Counted from the first letter of the stretch, positions 39,013-49,426 are shown. The stretch: 64,000 nt of DNA from Cyanobacteria bacterium P01_A01_bin.123 (GCA_039815185.1 JBCBZT010000016.1:1-64000); one strand, 5' to 3'. Notes: a model not told the origin generated them from the letters alone. Program-made: numbers and translations.

Positions 39013-40173
39013 TCAGAGCTGAGGCGTGTAAAAAGTTTTTTTCAGCACGTTATCTAGTGGAAAGTGGCTGATAGTCTTCACCACGTGTTCACTGGCTCCG
39101 CCAGTTCCATAGGGGTTTTCCACAGTGTTTAGGATTGACTGAAACTCCGGTGTATAGAGCTGCTTTACGGCATTAGCAATGGCTTGACGCTCGGGGGCAC
39201 AATCGATCACGCTACTCGCTTTGAGACGGCCTCGTTGGCGATCGCCCACATTTACCGTCCCCTTTTTAAAGCTGGGGGCTTCGATTAATCCACTGGATGA
39301 GTTACCCACTACCCCATCGACCTGAGCCAAACAAGAGAGATACCGCAACTGCCCTAAGGAAGTATAAACCTGAGCATTGGCGTGGGACGCGACAAAGTCC
39401 TCAATCAATTGAAACAAAATTCGTCCATCTGTGTCTGCATTCGGCATGGTGAAGATCAGATGGGTTTCAGGTAACGTATCCAATGCGGCGAGCAGCTCTA
39501 GCATTTGTTCGCGGGCCGTTGTCTGTTCTAGGGTCACGGGGTGAAACGTGATCAATAAATTTCTTTTGCCTAACTTAAACCCCAGAGCTGTTTCCAATTC
39601 AGAGCGGTCTAGCAGTTTGAGCCGTTTGATATTGTCAATGCCTAACCCACCGACACAAAAGACCCGCTCAGGGTGCTCCCCAAGTTGAATGACGCGATCG
39701 CGATATGCTTTGGCAGCGACAAAATGGAGGTGAGACATTTTGGTGATCGAGTGACGAATCGCATCATCAAAGGCCCCTTCCGTTGTTTCCCCCCCATGGA
39801 GATGGGCCACTGGAATTCGAGCCACCAGGGCGGCTGCTACGGCTGAAAAGATCTCAAAGCGATCGCCCAAAACCACCATTAAATCTGGTTTCAGAGCCTG
39901 TAGGGCATCCCCAAACCCAATTAATCCCAATCCCATTGATTTTGCCAGACCAGTTGGGGTATCTGAGCTGAGTAGCATCTCCACCTTTTGGTCAATAACA
40001 AACCCATCTTGTTCAATGTTGCGGTAAGTCAGCCCAAACTCTGGGGAAAGGTGCATGCCTGTGGCAACAGTCTGAAGCGTAAGGTTTGGTGCTTGCTGGA
40101 TGCCATCCATTACCCAACGCAACAGACCATACTCAGCACGAGTTCCCGTAACAACGCAGATTTTGCGTGTCAT
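39013..40173 (-). CDS. neuC: hydrolysing NDP-sugar 2-epimerase (NeuC/LegG)
   Basis: TGTRAEYGLL, TGMHLSPEFG, LGDRFE, HGGE, GNSSSG..EAP, GDRQ.GR. Confidence 0.95.
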   Translation of the reverse strand: MTRKICVVTGTRAEYGLLRWVMDGIQQAPNLTLQTVATGMHLSPEFGLTYRNIEQDGFVIDQKVEMLLSSDTPTGLAKSMGLGLIGFGDALQALKPDLMVVLGDRFEIFSAVAAALVARIPVAHLHGGETTEGAFDDAIRHSITKMSHLHFVAAKAYRDRVIQLGEHPERVFCVGGLGIDNIKRLKLLDRSELETALGFKLGKRNLLITFHPVTLEQTTAREQMLELLAALDTLPETHLIFTMPNADTDGRILFQLIEDFVASHANAQVYTSLGQLRYLSCLAQVDGVVGNSSSGLIEAPSFKKGTVNVGDRQRGRLKASSVIDCAPERQAIANAVKQLYTPEFQSILNTVENPYGTGGASEHVVKTISHFPLDNVLKKTFYTPQL

Positions 40174-40254
40174 CCTGGCTTAAGGATACAAGCGTGGTTG
40201 ATATTGACCCAGTGAAGTAGCATCGTTAAACCAAACACGCCAATAGCCTATGGA

Positions 40255-41256
40255 TCAAATCTCAATTAATTCATCAGGGGAAAATGCTCGGGGGGCTTGG
40301 CGTCCCAACACATGATCCCAGTCCATGGGAGAGATACCCGTTCCCGGGCGCTTTATGGTCAAATTGTCTGGAGTAAAGCTTTCCCCAGTTTTAATTTCAC
40401 AGGCGGCAACAATAGACTTACGGGCAATCGGCTTATTTTTTAACTCGCTCGGACTAGGGCGCTTTCGGCCATCCCCCAGCGCTTGCTCAATATTTCGAAT
40501 TGCGGTGACCATTGCTTTAAGTTCATCTGGCTCTAGACTTGCTCGATGATCAGGGCCAGGAAGGGCGCGATCTAAGGTGAAATGCTTCTCAATGACCGTT
40601 GCGCCAAGCGTTACTGCGGCAATTGGCACTTCAATCCCCAGCGTATGATCTGAATATCCCACTGCAACCCCCAAAGCCTCTCCCATAGTCACCATGGCCC
40701 GTAAGTTTACATCCGCCATTGGGGTGGGATATTCCGTGTTGCAGTGCAGCACAGTAATGGTAGTTCGGGGCGTGCCTGCTGTTTCAATCACCTCAATTGC
40801 TGCTTCGACTTCCCCTAGCGTTGCCATCCCTGTGGAAAGAATAATGGGCTTGCCATACGTTCCTATTTGACGAAGATAGGGCAAGTTTGTAATTTCCCCT
40901 GAAGGAATCTTGAAAAGTTCTAGACCCAGAATTACCAGTAGATCAAGGCTCTCCAAGTCAAATCCTGTTGAGAGAAAACCAATCCCCTGAGCTTGACAGT
41001 GGGCGATCAGTGTCTCATGCATAGGGCGGGTTAATTCTAGACGGCGAATCATGGCGTGTTGAGACTCGCCTTGGGCAGTCGTTGCAGCTTGATAAGCCGC
41101 TTTTGGCGTCTGACGGGTGACCAGGCGATCAGCACTAAAGGTTTGGAATTTGACTAGGTTTGCCCCTGCCGTTGCAGCAACGTCAACGAGCCGCTTTGCC
41201 ATGGCTAGATCGCCATTGTGATTGACCCCTGCCTCGGCAATAATCAAGGTCTTCAT
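40255..41256 (-). CDS. neuB: nonulosonic acid synthase (NeuB/LegI)
   Basis: IIAEAGVNHNG, KFQTF, KIPSGE, LHCNTEYP, GYSDHT, EKHFTLD, C-terminal SAF domain KRPGTG. Confidence 0.95.
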   Translation of the reverse strand: MKTLIIAEAGVNHNGDLAMAKRLVDVAATAGANLVKFQTFSADRLVTRQTPKAAYQAATTAQGESQHAMIRRLELTRPMHETLIAHCQAQGIGFLSTGFDLESLDLLVILGLELFKIPSGEITNLPYLRQIGTYGKPIILSTGMATLGEVEAAIEVIETAGTPRTTITVLHCNTEYPTPMADVNLRAMVTMGEALGVAVGYSDHTLGIEVPIAAVTLGATVIEKHFTLDRALPGPDHRASLEPDELKAMVTAIRNIEQALGDGRKRPSPSELKNKPIARKSIVAACEIKTGESFTPDNLTIKRPGTGISPMDWDHVLGRQAPRAFSPDELIEI

Positions 41257-41263
41257 TAGGCGT

Positions 41264-41899
41264 TCATCTCCCAGTCCCTAATTCCCCTACTACAGGAGAG
41301 TCGGCTGCCAGATCTTGCCGTACCGTTTGGCCCATCCCTACGATCGCGCCAGGAGCTATACAAATCATTTCCCGTAGACTGCTATTGCTTCCTAGAAAAA
41401 CACCATCACCCACTTTCACGCCGCCGTTTACCGTGGCAGCAGTGGACACATGGCAATGGTCTCCAATCACTGCGTTATGTTCAACTAGGGATTTGGTGTT
41501 CAAAATGCAGTTGCGTCCTACTACGGCTCCTGCATTCACATAGGCCCCGTGCATCACGATGGTGCCTATGTTCACCTGGGCATGGCGAGAAACATAAGCT
41601 TGGGGAGAGATTACGACAGGCAACTGAAAGCCTAACTGCTGGAGTTGATTAAATAGACGTATGCGTGGAACTGGGGTTTTGATTTGCCCTAGGGTAACTA
41701 GGGCATAAGACGCCTCCGCATGTAGATCAGGTAGGTCGTCATCCGTCCCCAACACGGGGTAGCCCAAAACTTGACTGCCCACTTCCTCTGGACGCCCTAC
41801 TAACCCCAGAATCGTAAACCTACCTGCTTGCTCAAGCACGTCAATACAGGCTTGGGCATGACCTCCGGCACCCACTAGCAGAATAGATTTTGGGGTCAT
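41264..41899 (-). CDS. NeuD/PglD family sugar N-acetyltransferase
   Basis: GAGGHA, hexapeptide repeats, EH...IGDHCH. Confidence 0.9.
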   Translation of the reverse strand: MTPKSILLVGAGGHAQACIDVLEQAGRFTILGLVGRPEEVGSQVLGYPVLGTDDDLPDLHAEASYALVTLGQIKTPVPRIRLFNQLQQLGFQLPVVISPQAYVSRHAQVNIGTIVMHGAYVNAGAVVGRNCILNTKSLVEHNAVIGDHCHVSTAATVNGGVKVGDGVFLGSNSSLREMICIAPGAIVGMGQTVRQDLAADSPVVGELGTGR

Positions 41900-43104
41900 G
41901 GCTCTTCCGAAAGACCCGTTTCAGCTGTCTGAACAAGCTCACCCAAGGGCTTGGGCGGCACATTACTCGGCAGGTTAATCAGGCGCTGTTCCAAAGACTC
42001 TGCCACGGGCAGATCCATCCTTGGACAGTCGCGGTACGGGGCAAGACGGTGCATTAATCTCCAAACCGGGCGGGTCATGAGACCGGCATCATTCGTTGCG
42101 CTCAAGATGGTATCTCGCTCAGCAGCCAGACTGGGAGACAACTGTAGCGTTTGGAGCCAATAGTTGCTGTGGCAACCAGGGGGTTCCTGAACAATCTCAA
42201 CGCCTGGAATCCCCTGAAATGCCGAGTGATAGGCTGCAAACAGCGATCGCTTCGTGGCTAAAAAACCAGGCAGTTGCTCTAACTGGGCACACCCTAAAGC
42301 CGCATTGATATTAGGCATTCGGTAGTTGTAACCCACTTCATCATGAACATAATCCCAGCGGTGGGGCACTTTGGCCGTTGTAGTGAGATGCTTAGCCCGC
42401 TTCGCCAATACTGCATCATTCGTCAGAATGGCACCGCCACCGCCGGTCGTGAGTGTCTTATTACCGTTGAAGCTTAAGGTGCCCATTAACCCAAAGGTGC
42501 CCGTATGCTGACCGTGATAGTAACTGCCCAGGGATTCTGCGGCATCTTCAATTAGGGCTAGGTGCCAATCTTGCGCGACTGCTAGCAACCCATCTAGGTC
42601 AACTGGATGGCCAAAGGTGTGCATGGGCATTAACACCCGGATTACTCGACCCGTATGCCGATTGAGGCACAGACCGTTGCTAACTTCTGCGATCGCTTTT
42701 AGATACGCTCGCAACGCTTCGGGATCTATACCCAGCGTTGTGGGCTCACTATCGACAAAATGTGGAATTGCACCACAATAGGCTACTGCATTAGCCGTTG
42801 CCACAAACGTTAGCGCTGGGACTAAAACCTCATCTCCAGGCTGAACCCCTGTCAAACGTAAGGCCACATGGAGTGCAGCAGTGCCATTCACCACCGCAAC
42901 AGCATGGCGAGCGCCAGTGTAAGCCGCTAGCTCAGCTTCAAATCGATCAACAAATGGCCCGACCGACGAAACAAACGTAGAATCTAAGCACTCCTTCAGA
43001 TACGCCCACTCTCGACCTGCAAACTGTGGAATATGAAGTGGAACAGGCTCTACCCCAACTACCTTCTGGAGAGCGCCAACAATAGACCTAACAGATGTAC
43101 TCAA
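41896..43104 (-). CDS. legC: LegC family PLP aminotransferase
   Basis: VSSVG.FV, NGTAALH, PMHTFGHP, EDAAESLGS, SFNGNK..TTGGGG, HD.VGYNYRMPN. Confidence 0.92.
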   Translation of the reverse strand: MSTSVRSIVGALQKVVGVEPVPLHIPQFAGREWAYLKECLDSTFVSSVGPFVDRFEAELAAYTGARHAVAVVNGTAALHVALRLTGVQPGDEVLVPALTFVATANAVAYCGAIPHFVDSEPTTLGIDPEALRAYLKAIAEVSNGLCLNRHTGRVIRVLMPMHTFGHPVDLDGLLAVAQDWHLALIEDAAESLGSYYHGQHTGTFGLMGTLSFNGNKTLTTGGGGAILTNDAVLAKRAKHLTTTAKVPHRWDYVHDEVGYNYRMPNINAALGCAQLEQLPGFLATKRSLFAAYHSAFQGIPGVEIVQEPPGCHSNYWLQTLQLSPSLAAERDTILSATNDAGLMTRPVWRLMHRLAPYRDCPRMDLPVAESLEQRLINLPSNVPPKPLGELVQTAETGLSEEP

Positions 43105-44099
43105 AGGTTATAAATATCTGCCTTATAAGCAGCTAGATTATCAGGATTGCTGAACCACGCCACGGTTTCCTTAAGCCCGTTACGAAATCCTGCCAACCCG
43201 CCATACTGGGGAATCCACCCCAGTAGAGACTTAGCCTTATCATTGGAGGCCCACAATCGATCGACTTCGCTTTTTTCAGGACGTAGCCGTTGCTCATCAG
43301 TGAGAATTTCAATGTCAACCTCCATGACCTCAGCAATCGTTTGGGCCGTTTCACCGATAGAGATTTCAAAATTGCTGCCAATATTGATCACCTCCCCGAC
43401 TGCTGCCTCAGATTTAAGGGCTGCAATGAATCCAGCTACAGTGTCAGCCACATAGTTAAAGTCTCGGGTCGGATGAATTGCCCCAAGTTTGATCTGACGT
43501 TTTCCGTTGGCAATTTGGGTGATGATTGTGGGAATCACGGCGCGAGCCGATTGTCTCGGGCCATAGGTATTAAAGGGCCGAATGATGCTAACCGGGACAC
43601 CAAAGGACGTATAAAAAGACATCGCCAGTTGGTCTGCCCCAATCTTACTGGCGGAATAGGGAGATTGTCCCTGAAGTGGATGCTGCTCGGTGATTGGCAC
43701 AAACTGGGCTGTTCCATATACTTCACTCGTGGAAGTTTGAACCACCTTACTGACCCCGAGATCTCGAGCCGCTTGCACCACGTTCAATGTGCCTTTGATA
43801 TTGGTGTCAATGTAGGTGTCAGGAGAATGATAAGAATAGGGTATGGCAATCAGTGCAGCCAGATGCAGCACGGCATCACAACCCTGCATCGCCGAACGGA
43901 CGCCATTGGGGTCACGAATGTCTCCGGCAAACACCTCAAAGTGCTCCTTGACATCTTCAACACAGCGATCGAGCCAGCCCCAAGAGTTGAAGGAGTTATA
44001 AAGTACAAAAGCCCGAACATCGTAGCCCTGACGCACCAGAGCTTCAGTCAAATGGGAGCCAATAAAGCCGTCAGAGCCAGTCACTAAAAGTTTTTGCAA
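43101..44099 (-). CDS. legB: NAD-dependent NDP-GlcNAc 4,6-dehydratase LegB
   Basis: TGSDGFIGSHL, YNSFNSWGWLD, HLAALIAIPYSY, TSTSEVYG, RLRPEKSEV.RL. Confidence 0.92.
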   Translation of the reverse strand: MQKLLVTGSDGFIGSHLTEALVRQGYDVRAFVLYNSFNSWGWLDRCVEDVKEHFEVFAGDIRDPNGVRSAMQGCDAVLHLAALIAIPYSYHSPDTYIDTNIKGTLNVVQAARDLGVSKVVQTSTSEVYGTAQFVPITEQHPLQGQSPYSASKIGADQLAMSFYTSFGVPVSIIRPFNTYGPRQSARAVIPTIITQIANGKRQIKLGAIHPTRDFNYVADTVAGFIAALKSEAAVGEVINIGSNFEISIGETAQTIAEVMEVDIEILTDEQRLRPEKSEVDRLWASNDKAKSLLGWIPQYGGLAGFRNGLKETVAWFSNPDNLAAYKADIYNL

Positions 44100-44162
44100 G
44101 GTAAATACGACCCAATTTAAAGTCAGTCAAGTGAATCAACAGCTTTTGCAAATGGACAGAGA

Positions 44163-44858
44163 CTAACCAGCATAAGCATTAGCTTTTGCATATGCATCAG
44201 GCATTCCGATATCAATGAAAAAGTCTGTATTTTCGTAGGTATAAATCTGCCCAACGAAGTTAGGCAGCACATCGGTGCTGAAGTCTTTCACTGTGGGCAG
44301 TTTGGCCTTGAGTAACGTCATGAATTGAGCAGAGAGTAGATAGATAGCACCGTTGGCTAGGTTGCTTGGCGGAGAAGCAACTTTTTCATGAAAACCAATG
44401 ACAATGCCTTCGGCATCGAGTTCCACAATGCCGCAAGTTGAAGGAGTTTCGGTACGAAAAGTCATCATCGTCAAGAGGCATTGGGAGGGACGCCGCCGAT
44501 GAGCTTCTACAAAAGCTGGGAAGTTTGCCAAACAATAATTGTCGGCATGGATCAGTAACCCATCTTCACCATTGAAAAAGCTTAGGTTGGCCATCAAAGT
44601 CCCTGCCGTTCCTAACAACATGGGCTCATGGCTCAGCGCTACCTTATCTTGATACGCACTCGCGGCAATAAACTCCTTAACCTGATCCGCTAAATAGTGC
44701 GTATTGACCAGAAATGGCCCTAATCCAGCTTGGGTGAGAGTGTTGAGCCAAATCTCCAATAGCGGTCGGCCTTTGATCGGCACTAAACATTTAGGAATAG
44801 TATTCGTCAAAGGCCTAAGACGAGTCCCGTAACCTGCTGCTAGTAAAAGAGCACGCAT
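44163..44858 (-). CDS. sugar-1-phosphate nucleotidyltransferase (HddC/GDP-type-like)
   Basis: LAAGYGTRLRPLT..IPK, GTAGT, HADN, F.EK, FIDIG. Confidence 0.85.
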   Translation of the reverse strand: MRALLLAAGYGTRLRPLTNTIPKCLVPIKGRPLLEIWLNTLTQAGLGPFLVNTHYLADQVKEFIAASAYQDKVALSHEPMLLGTAGTLMANLSFFNGEDGLLIHADNYCLANFPAFVEAHRRRPSQCLLTMMTFRTETPSTCGIVELDAEGIVIGFHEKVASPPSNLANGAIYLLSAQFMTLLKAKLPTVKDFSTDVLPNFVGQIYTYENTDFFIDIGMPDAYAKANAYAG

Positions 44859-46285
44859 TAGGTCAGTTCCTGTATCAACTCATCCCGCTTTACAGACTGG
44901 TTACCCACTCGCCCGACTTGAATAGCAGCAGCTAATGACCCCAGACAAGCTGCTTCCCAAATCGTGCCGCCACTGGCCAATGTTAGGGCGCTAGCCATCA
45001 GTAGTGAGTCACCAGCACCAGCCACGTCTTTGGGGGCAGAGTTGAGAGCTCCAATGCGATCGGTGAGCCAGCTATCTTGAGCGCCTGCATGGATCAGGAG
45101 TCCTTCTTCGCCTAATGTCATAAAAACATTCTGAGCAGAGGCTTTTCGGCGCAGTTGCTCTGCCAACACGACTAGGCCATCCTCTGAGTTCCGGGTGCCC
45201 AGGCGAGCCTCTCGCTCAGTCGGCGTGATTAAATTCATCCCTTGAAAACGACTGATGTCTCCCACTTGGGAAGACGACTGGCTGTCAGCGACCATCATCA
45301 CGCCTTGAGCTTTTGCCAGCTTACTAATGTGATCTACTGCCGATTGGGGTAAGCAACCATAATTGAAATCGGAGAAAACTAGTAGATCCGCATCTGCTAG
45401 AGCAACTTCTAGGTACTCTAGAAGTTGGGTTTGGAGGCTAGAGTTGATGGCTCCTTGGTGGAGATGACTAACCCTCAATAAAGTTTTTCCCTTACTGCGA
45501 AACCGTTGTTTGAGAGTAGTCGGGCGGCTGTCATCAAGCAATAGATGGGCATCAACTTGAACAGCAGCAAGACCAGCTTCAGCAAAATCTCGAGCATCAT
45601 CACCCCCAGTAACAGATACATACTTTACCTGGGCTCCCAGCCCGGCACCATGGGCTGCCACAATCCCTGAGCCCCCTACAAAACGGGTGGAGTCTACAGG
45701 TGTGACAACAATGGTTGGATCTTCCTGGGACATGCCCAAGGGCTGACAAGTTATATATTCGTCGATAATCAAGTCACCTACAACGCAGACCTTAAGGGTG
45801 GAAAATTTTTGGACTAAGTCCCCTAATCTACAGGGGGTAATGTGGTGACGTTCGAGATAATCTCCCGGGAGATGAATAGTTTGGAGATTGGACTCATAGA
45901 ATTCCTTGCGGAGGAGATCAACCGAGGAAAAGGTGGTTTCGCCAGAACTAAACAGTAGGCGACCACCATACTCTTCAAGGACTTCCCGTTCAGGGTTGAA
46001 ACGAGTTTCGTGTTCTTTGCCTTTGACAACAATATCAGGACGAAAACGTTTGATAAATATAGGAACAGGTTCATCAATGAGCAACGTTTCATCTACCCAG
46101 CTATTGCTTCGTACGCCCTCTAATCGAAAATGTTGGGGCATATGGGCGGCTTCAGCAGCAATGGAGTCAGAGTACACACCGACGGTTAAATGATCACCAC
46201 ACTCTTTGGCAAAGCGCAATAGACGCAGATGGCCTGGATGGAGGATGTTGAATGAACCGGTAACGAGAACTTTAACGAAGGGCAT
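44858..46285 (-). CDS. HldE-like bifunctional protein with reversed domain order (N-terminal nucleotidyltransferase, C-terminal PfkB kinase)
   Basis: GSFNILHPGH, PDIVVKG, then VGDLIIDEY, SDFNYG, TPTE.E, DVAGAGD. Confidence 0.85.
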   Translation of the reverse strand: MPFVKVLVTGSFNILHPGHLRLLRFAKECGDHLTVGVYSDSIAAEAAHMPQHFRLEGVRSNSWVDETLLIDEPVPIFIKRFRPDIVVKGKEHETRFNPEREVLEEYGGRLLFSSGETTFSSVDLLRKEFYESNLQTIHLPGDYLERHHITPCRLGDLVQKFSTLKVCVVGDLIIDEYITCQPLGMSQEDPTIVVTPVDSTRFVGGSGIVAAHGAGLGAQVKYVSVTGGDDARDFAEAGLAAVQVDAHLLLDDSRPTTLKQRFRSKGKTLLRVSHLHQGAINSSLQTQLLEYLEVALADADLLVFSDFNYGCLPQSAVDHISKLAKAQGVMMVADSQSSSQVGDISRFQGMNLITPTEREARLGTRNSEDGLVVLAEQLRRKASAQNVFMTLGEEGLLIHAGAQDSWLTDRIGALNSAPKDVAGAGDSLLMASALTLASGGTIWEAACLGSLAAAIQVGRVGNQSVKRDELIQELT

Positions 46286-46303
46286 AAAAGCAGCGTATAG
46301 GCG

Positions 46304-47539
46304 TTAAGCAAGAAATTTGTCTCCCATTGAGCGGAGCCAGGTAGCCCCAGCCCTAGCTTCGGGATGAATCCAGCCATGGTACTTATGAAAGTCTGGATGG
46401 GACTTAAGGATTTCCCAAAATTGTAGATTACGCCTCAGATCATCCTCTGTATCTACCCATGTTCCTTGAATACGCTGCCATCGTTCTTGTACAGCCGCCA
46501 AAATTTCTTCCGGGGTCAAATCAATGATTTCAATATCAGCATGATCGTAATTATTAGTATGAAAATAGCTGTGCGCTAAATACTCTCGCCAAGTAAGAGA
46601 AATTCCTGATGATTTCCATGTCAGACTTTTAGATAGATGCATGGCATTACTCCATGACCACAACCTAGATAATGGTAGGAAGTTTAAAAATAGTATAGGC
46701 TTGCGATAGCTACTGCTGATTGTATCTGGCCCGCTCCCTGTAGAAATGCACAAATCACAATTAGCAAATAACCAAATATCTAGAAAGTCACTTCTATCCG
46801 GAAGAAAAGCATAATCAATAATCCGAGGATGATCACTGGGAATGGGTTGAGCCATAATTTTGCCCATTCTTAGAACCCATACTCCTCGCTCCGCCAACCA
46901 TTCTGCAGCGGGAACATAGGTTTCAATATTTGAATTACGGTAGTCGTGGTAGCTCCAATTAGAACCTTTCAATAGAGGATCGGCATCCAAATATGCATTG
47001 TCTCGCACATTCAAACAAATGAATGGCTCACCAACTCGCCACCCTAGTTTAGAGAGCCAATCTTTAGCTTTGATATCTTCTTCAGGAAGAAAGGGAAGCT
47101 TAGCTTTATTCCGTTCTAAGAAGCCATAAATATCGAGAGAGTCAGTAGTTGTTGAAGGGCGGTAATGTATGCTTCCACCAGGCAATATTTGATTCCATTC
47201 ACTTAAAGGTTGCACCCACGGATAAACTGCAAAATTCCGACGCACCATCTTTGCCCAGAAATCATTGCAGGTAGGTTGATCTAGCCAGTACAAGTCTAAA
47301 TACTCTTTAGCTTGCTGATGAAGCGTTGCCCATCGAATGCAAGTATCAGCAGTAAAGTGCCCGATACGATCACTCCGGATTGTACCCAGACGGATAACGT
47401 ACCAAGGGCGAAGAAAGCGGATAAGCAGGACACCTGGTATACACCATGAGGCATTGAGAAGCGCAAGAAATGACCTGAGAACTTTATTCCGTAATCCTGA
47501 CCAACCTTTTTGCCGGAATTTGTGAATAATTTTGTACAT
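46304..47539 (-). CDS. putative glycosyltransferase (resembles TIGR04372 family)
   Basis: RIGHF, LNVRD.AY, H.YRNS.I..Y, WVLRMG, IIDY, D..DIWL...C...I.TGSG; family assignment from memory. Confidence 0.75.
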   Translation of the reverse strand: MYKIIHKFRQKGWSGLRNKVLRSFLALLNASWCIPGVLLIRFLRPWYVIRLGTIRSDRIGHFTADTCIRWATLHQQAKEYLDLYWLDQPTCNDFWAKMVRRNFAVYPWVQPLSEWNQILPGGSIHYRPSTTTDSLDIYGFLERNKAKLPFLPEEDIKAKDWLSKLGWRVGEPFICLNVRDNAYLDADPLLKGSNWSYHDYRNSNIETYVPAAEWLAERGVWVLRMGKIMAQPIPSDHPRIIDYAFLPDRSDFLDIWLFANCDLCISTGSGPDTISSSYRKPILFLNFLPLSRLWSWSNAMHLSKSLTWKSSGISLTWREYLAHSYFHTNNYDHADIEIIDLTPEEILAAVQERWQRIQGTWVDTEDDLRRNLQFWEILKSHPDFHKYHGWIHPEARAGATWLRSMGDKFLA

Positions 47540-47557
47540 AAGGCTGTCTGAATTTGA

Positions 47558-48703
47558 TCACGCAGCCTTATGTACAAAACTTAAATATTGCTGACCACGC
47601 CCCCACCATTGGGGAAAATGACTTAGTTCTCGATCGAGTGGAACACCATCCTGGAGCCATTGAGATGCCTCAACAATAGCCTTTGCAGTGTCAGGTGCAA
47701 ACGTCATGACTACGGAAGAAATCTCATCCATGAGATCAAACATTGACTGCCACTTAGAAGCATCTCCATGTTGAATTTGACTCATGAGTTCCCAACTCCT
47801 GGCACAAACAGCTTCCAGCTCCTTTCCAAATTCAACTGATTGAGGCGCGAAGACATAGCGATAATCAATAAGATTTAAATTAGATTTGTAATAACAAGTC
47901 AAAGCATTCTGATTATGTTTTCTCTCCTCACCTATGATCTCTTTATACCATCGCCAATCTGTTATAAATCGAGGTGAAGACCCGTATAAATCGTACTCAT
48001 CATTCAGTGTTGCAATAACATCGGGAATACTTAACAATTTTCTTCCCTGCAAAGGTTGCAGTATATTATCTACGATCCAGTCGTCAATGGGACGACTCAT
48101 CCCCTTAAGATTTGACAAATGAGAAGCAAATAAGGGTTTCAAATTTTCTAGAGCTTGATCGAGATCTAAAGAAGAAATACCAGATGGGAAATATACATTC
48201 AAAATGAGACGACGTATTGTTTCTGAGAGATAAGAAATGGCATTGCTAGTGGTACAAACAAAAAGTCCACCTTTCCTAGAAAAGCTTGCAAGGTGTTTTA
48301 GTATAGTTATAGGATTATTTTGATGAGGGATGCAGCCTTCAGCCCAAATAATGTCAAACTTGTCTGTAATAGAGTAATCTAAAAATAAAGACTTAAAAAT
48401 ATGAAAGTCTCGAAATCCAAACCCTGAAAGTAGCTCTTGAGTTTGCTTTATACCCAAAGGGTTTCCTTCAACCAAGTAGTATTTCTGAGGTTTCAGAGAT
48501 GCCATGTAAGTCGAGTTATGTCCTGAGCCAGGACCAAACTCAATCACATTTACCCCTCGAACAAAATTTGGCAGAATTCCCAAGCTTCGAAACAAAGATT
48601 CTCGTCTTTGAAAATGCTTTTCTAAGTCCGAGATGTCTTGAGAAACTGGAGATATATTATTCTTGGAGTAAAAAGTAACAAACGATTCAGTTTTATCTTG
48701 CAT
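47558..48703 (-). CDS. class I SAM-dependent methyltransferase
   Basis: EFGPGSG.N, LVEGN, FDIIWAEG.IPH. Confidence 0.8.
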   Translation of the reverse strand: MQDKTESFVTFYSKNNISPVSQDISDLEKHFQRRESLFRSLGILPNFVRGVNVIEFGPGSGHNSTYMASLKPQKYYLVEGNPLGIKQTQELLSGFGFRDFHIFKSLFLDYSITDKFDIIWAEGCIPHQNNPITILKHLASFSRKGGLFVCTTSNAISYLSETIRRLILNVYFPSGISSLDLDQALENLKPLFASHLSNLKGMSRPIDDWIVDNILQPLQGRKLLSIPDVIATLNDEYDLYGSSPRFITDWRWYKEIIGEERKHNQNALTCYYKSNLNLIDYRYVFAPQSVEFGKELEAVCARSWELMSQIQHGDASKWQSMFDLMDEISSVVMTFAPDTAKAIVEASQWLQDGVPLDRELSHFPQWWGRGQQYLSFVHKAA

Positions 48704-49409
48704 TGGGGTGTCTTAGATCGAGAAGATTTCTAGCAAGACTCTCTTGCCCAACTAGTGAAAGGCCACCATCTAGCAAAAAAGACCTTCCTGTGATGAAAGA
48801 TGATCTTTCACTACACAGAAAATCGACTAGATTGGCGATGTCTTGAGAATTACCCATCCTTCCTAGTGGAGTAATGCGTTCTATAAGATTACGCACTTCG
48901 TTGTCTTCGGAGTAGAAAGCTTCATTTTCAGGTTTAATCACGGTAGAGGGAAGGACACAATTAAAGCGAATTTTACTTTTCCCATAAACAACCGCATAGT
49001 ATCTAGTCAATGCTTCTAAACTTGCTCGTGAAGCATGATATGCCGCGGGCTGCTCATCAAAAACAAAAAAACCTGCGACAGATCCGATAATTACAACAGA
49101 CGCATCATTACGAAAATTCGGCCTTAGAGCATCAAATATGACATTTATAGCCTTAACTGTAATTTGAAATTCTTCATCCCATTCGGTACCACGATATCGA
49201 TGGGTAAAAACGAGATAATTGAAATCAAAACTGATTGCATCACTTAGAGTCTGGATATCATCTAATGATATATCAAACTTAATGTGGTTCTCGTCCTTTA
49301 GATCTCTTCTTGAAACTGTATGGACGCGATCACCTCGCTTACGCAACTGATCAACAATTGTTTTACCAATGCCCCTTGTCCCGCCAATAACTACACTATT
49401 AGTTGGCAT
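48693..49409 (-). CDS. SDR family oxidoreductase
   Basis: GGTRGIG, TPLGRMG, SSFITG...LDGG; catalytic motif reads YHASR rather than YxxxK. Confidence 0.85.
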   Translation of the reverse strand: MPTNSVVIGGTRGIGKTIVDQLRKRGDRVHTVSRRDLKDENHIKFDISLDDIQTLSDAISFDFNYLVFTHRYRGTEWDEEFQITVKAINVIFDALRPNFRNDASVVIIGSVAGFFVFDEQPAAYHASRASLEALTRYYAVVYGKSKIRFNCVLPSTVIKPENEAFYSEDNEVRNLIERITPLGRMGNSQDIANLVDFLCSERSSFITGRSFLLDGGLSLVGQESLARNLLDLRHPNAR

Positions 49410-49426
49410 AGTTCTTCTTCTGTATC

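Noticed and set aside
43290..44087. 265-aa plus-strand ORF
   Set aside because: Entirely antisense to legB with no recognisable motifs; a shadow ORF
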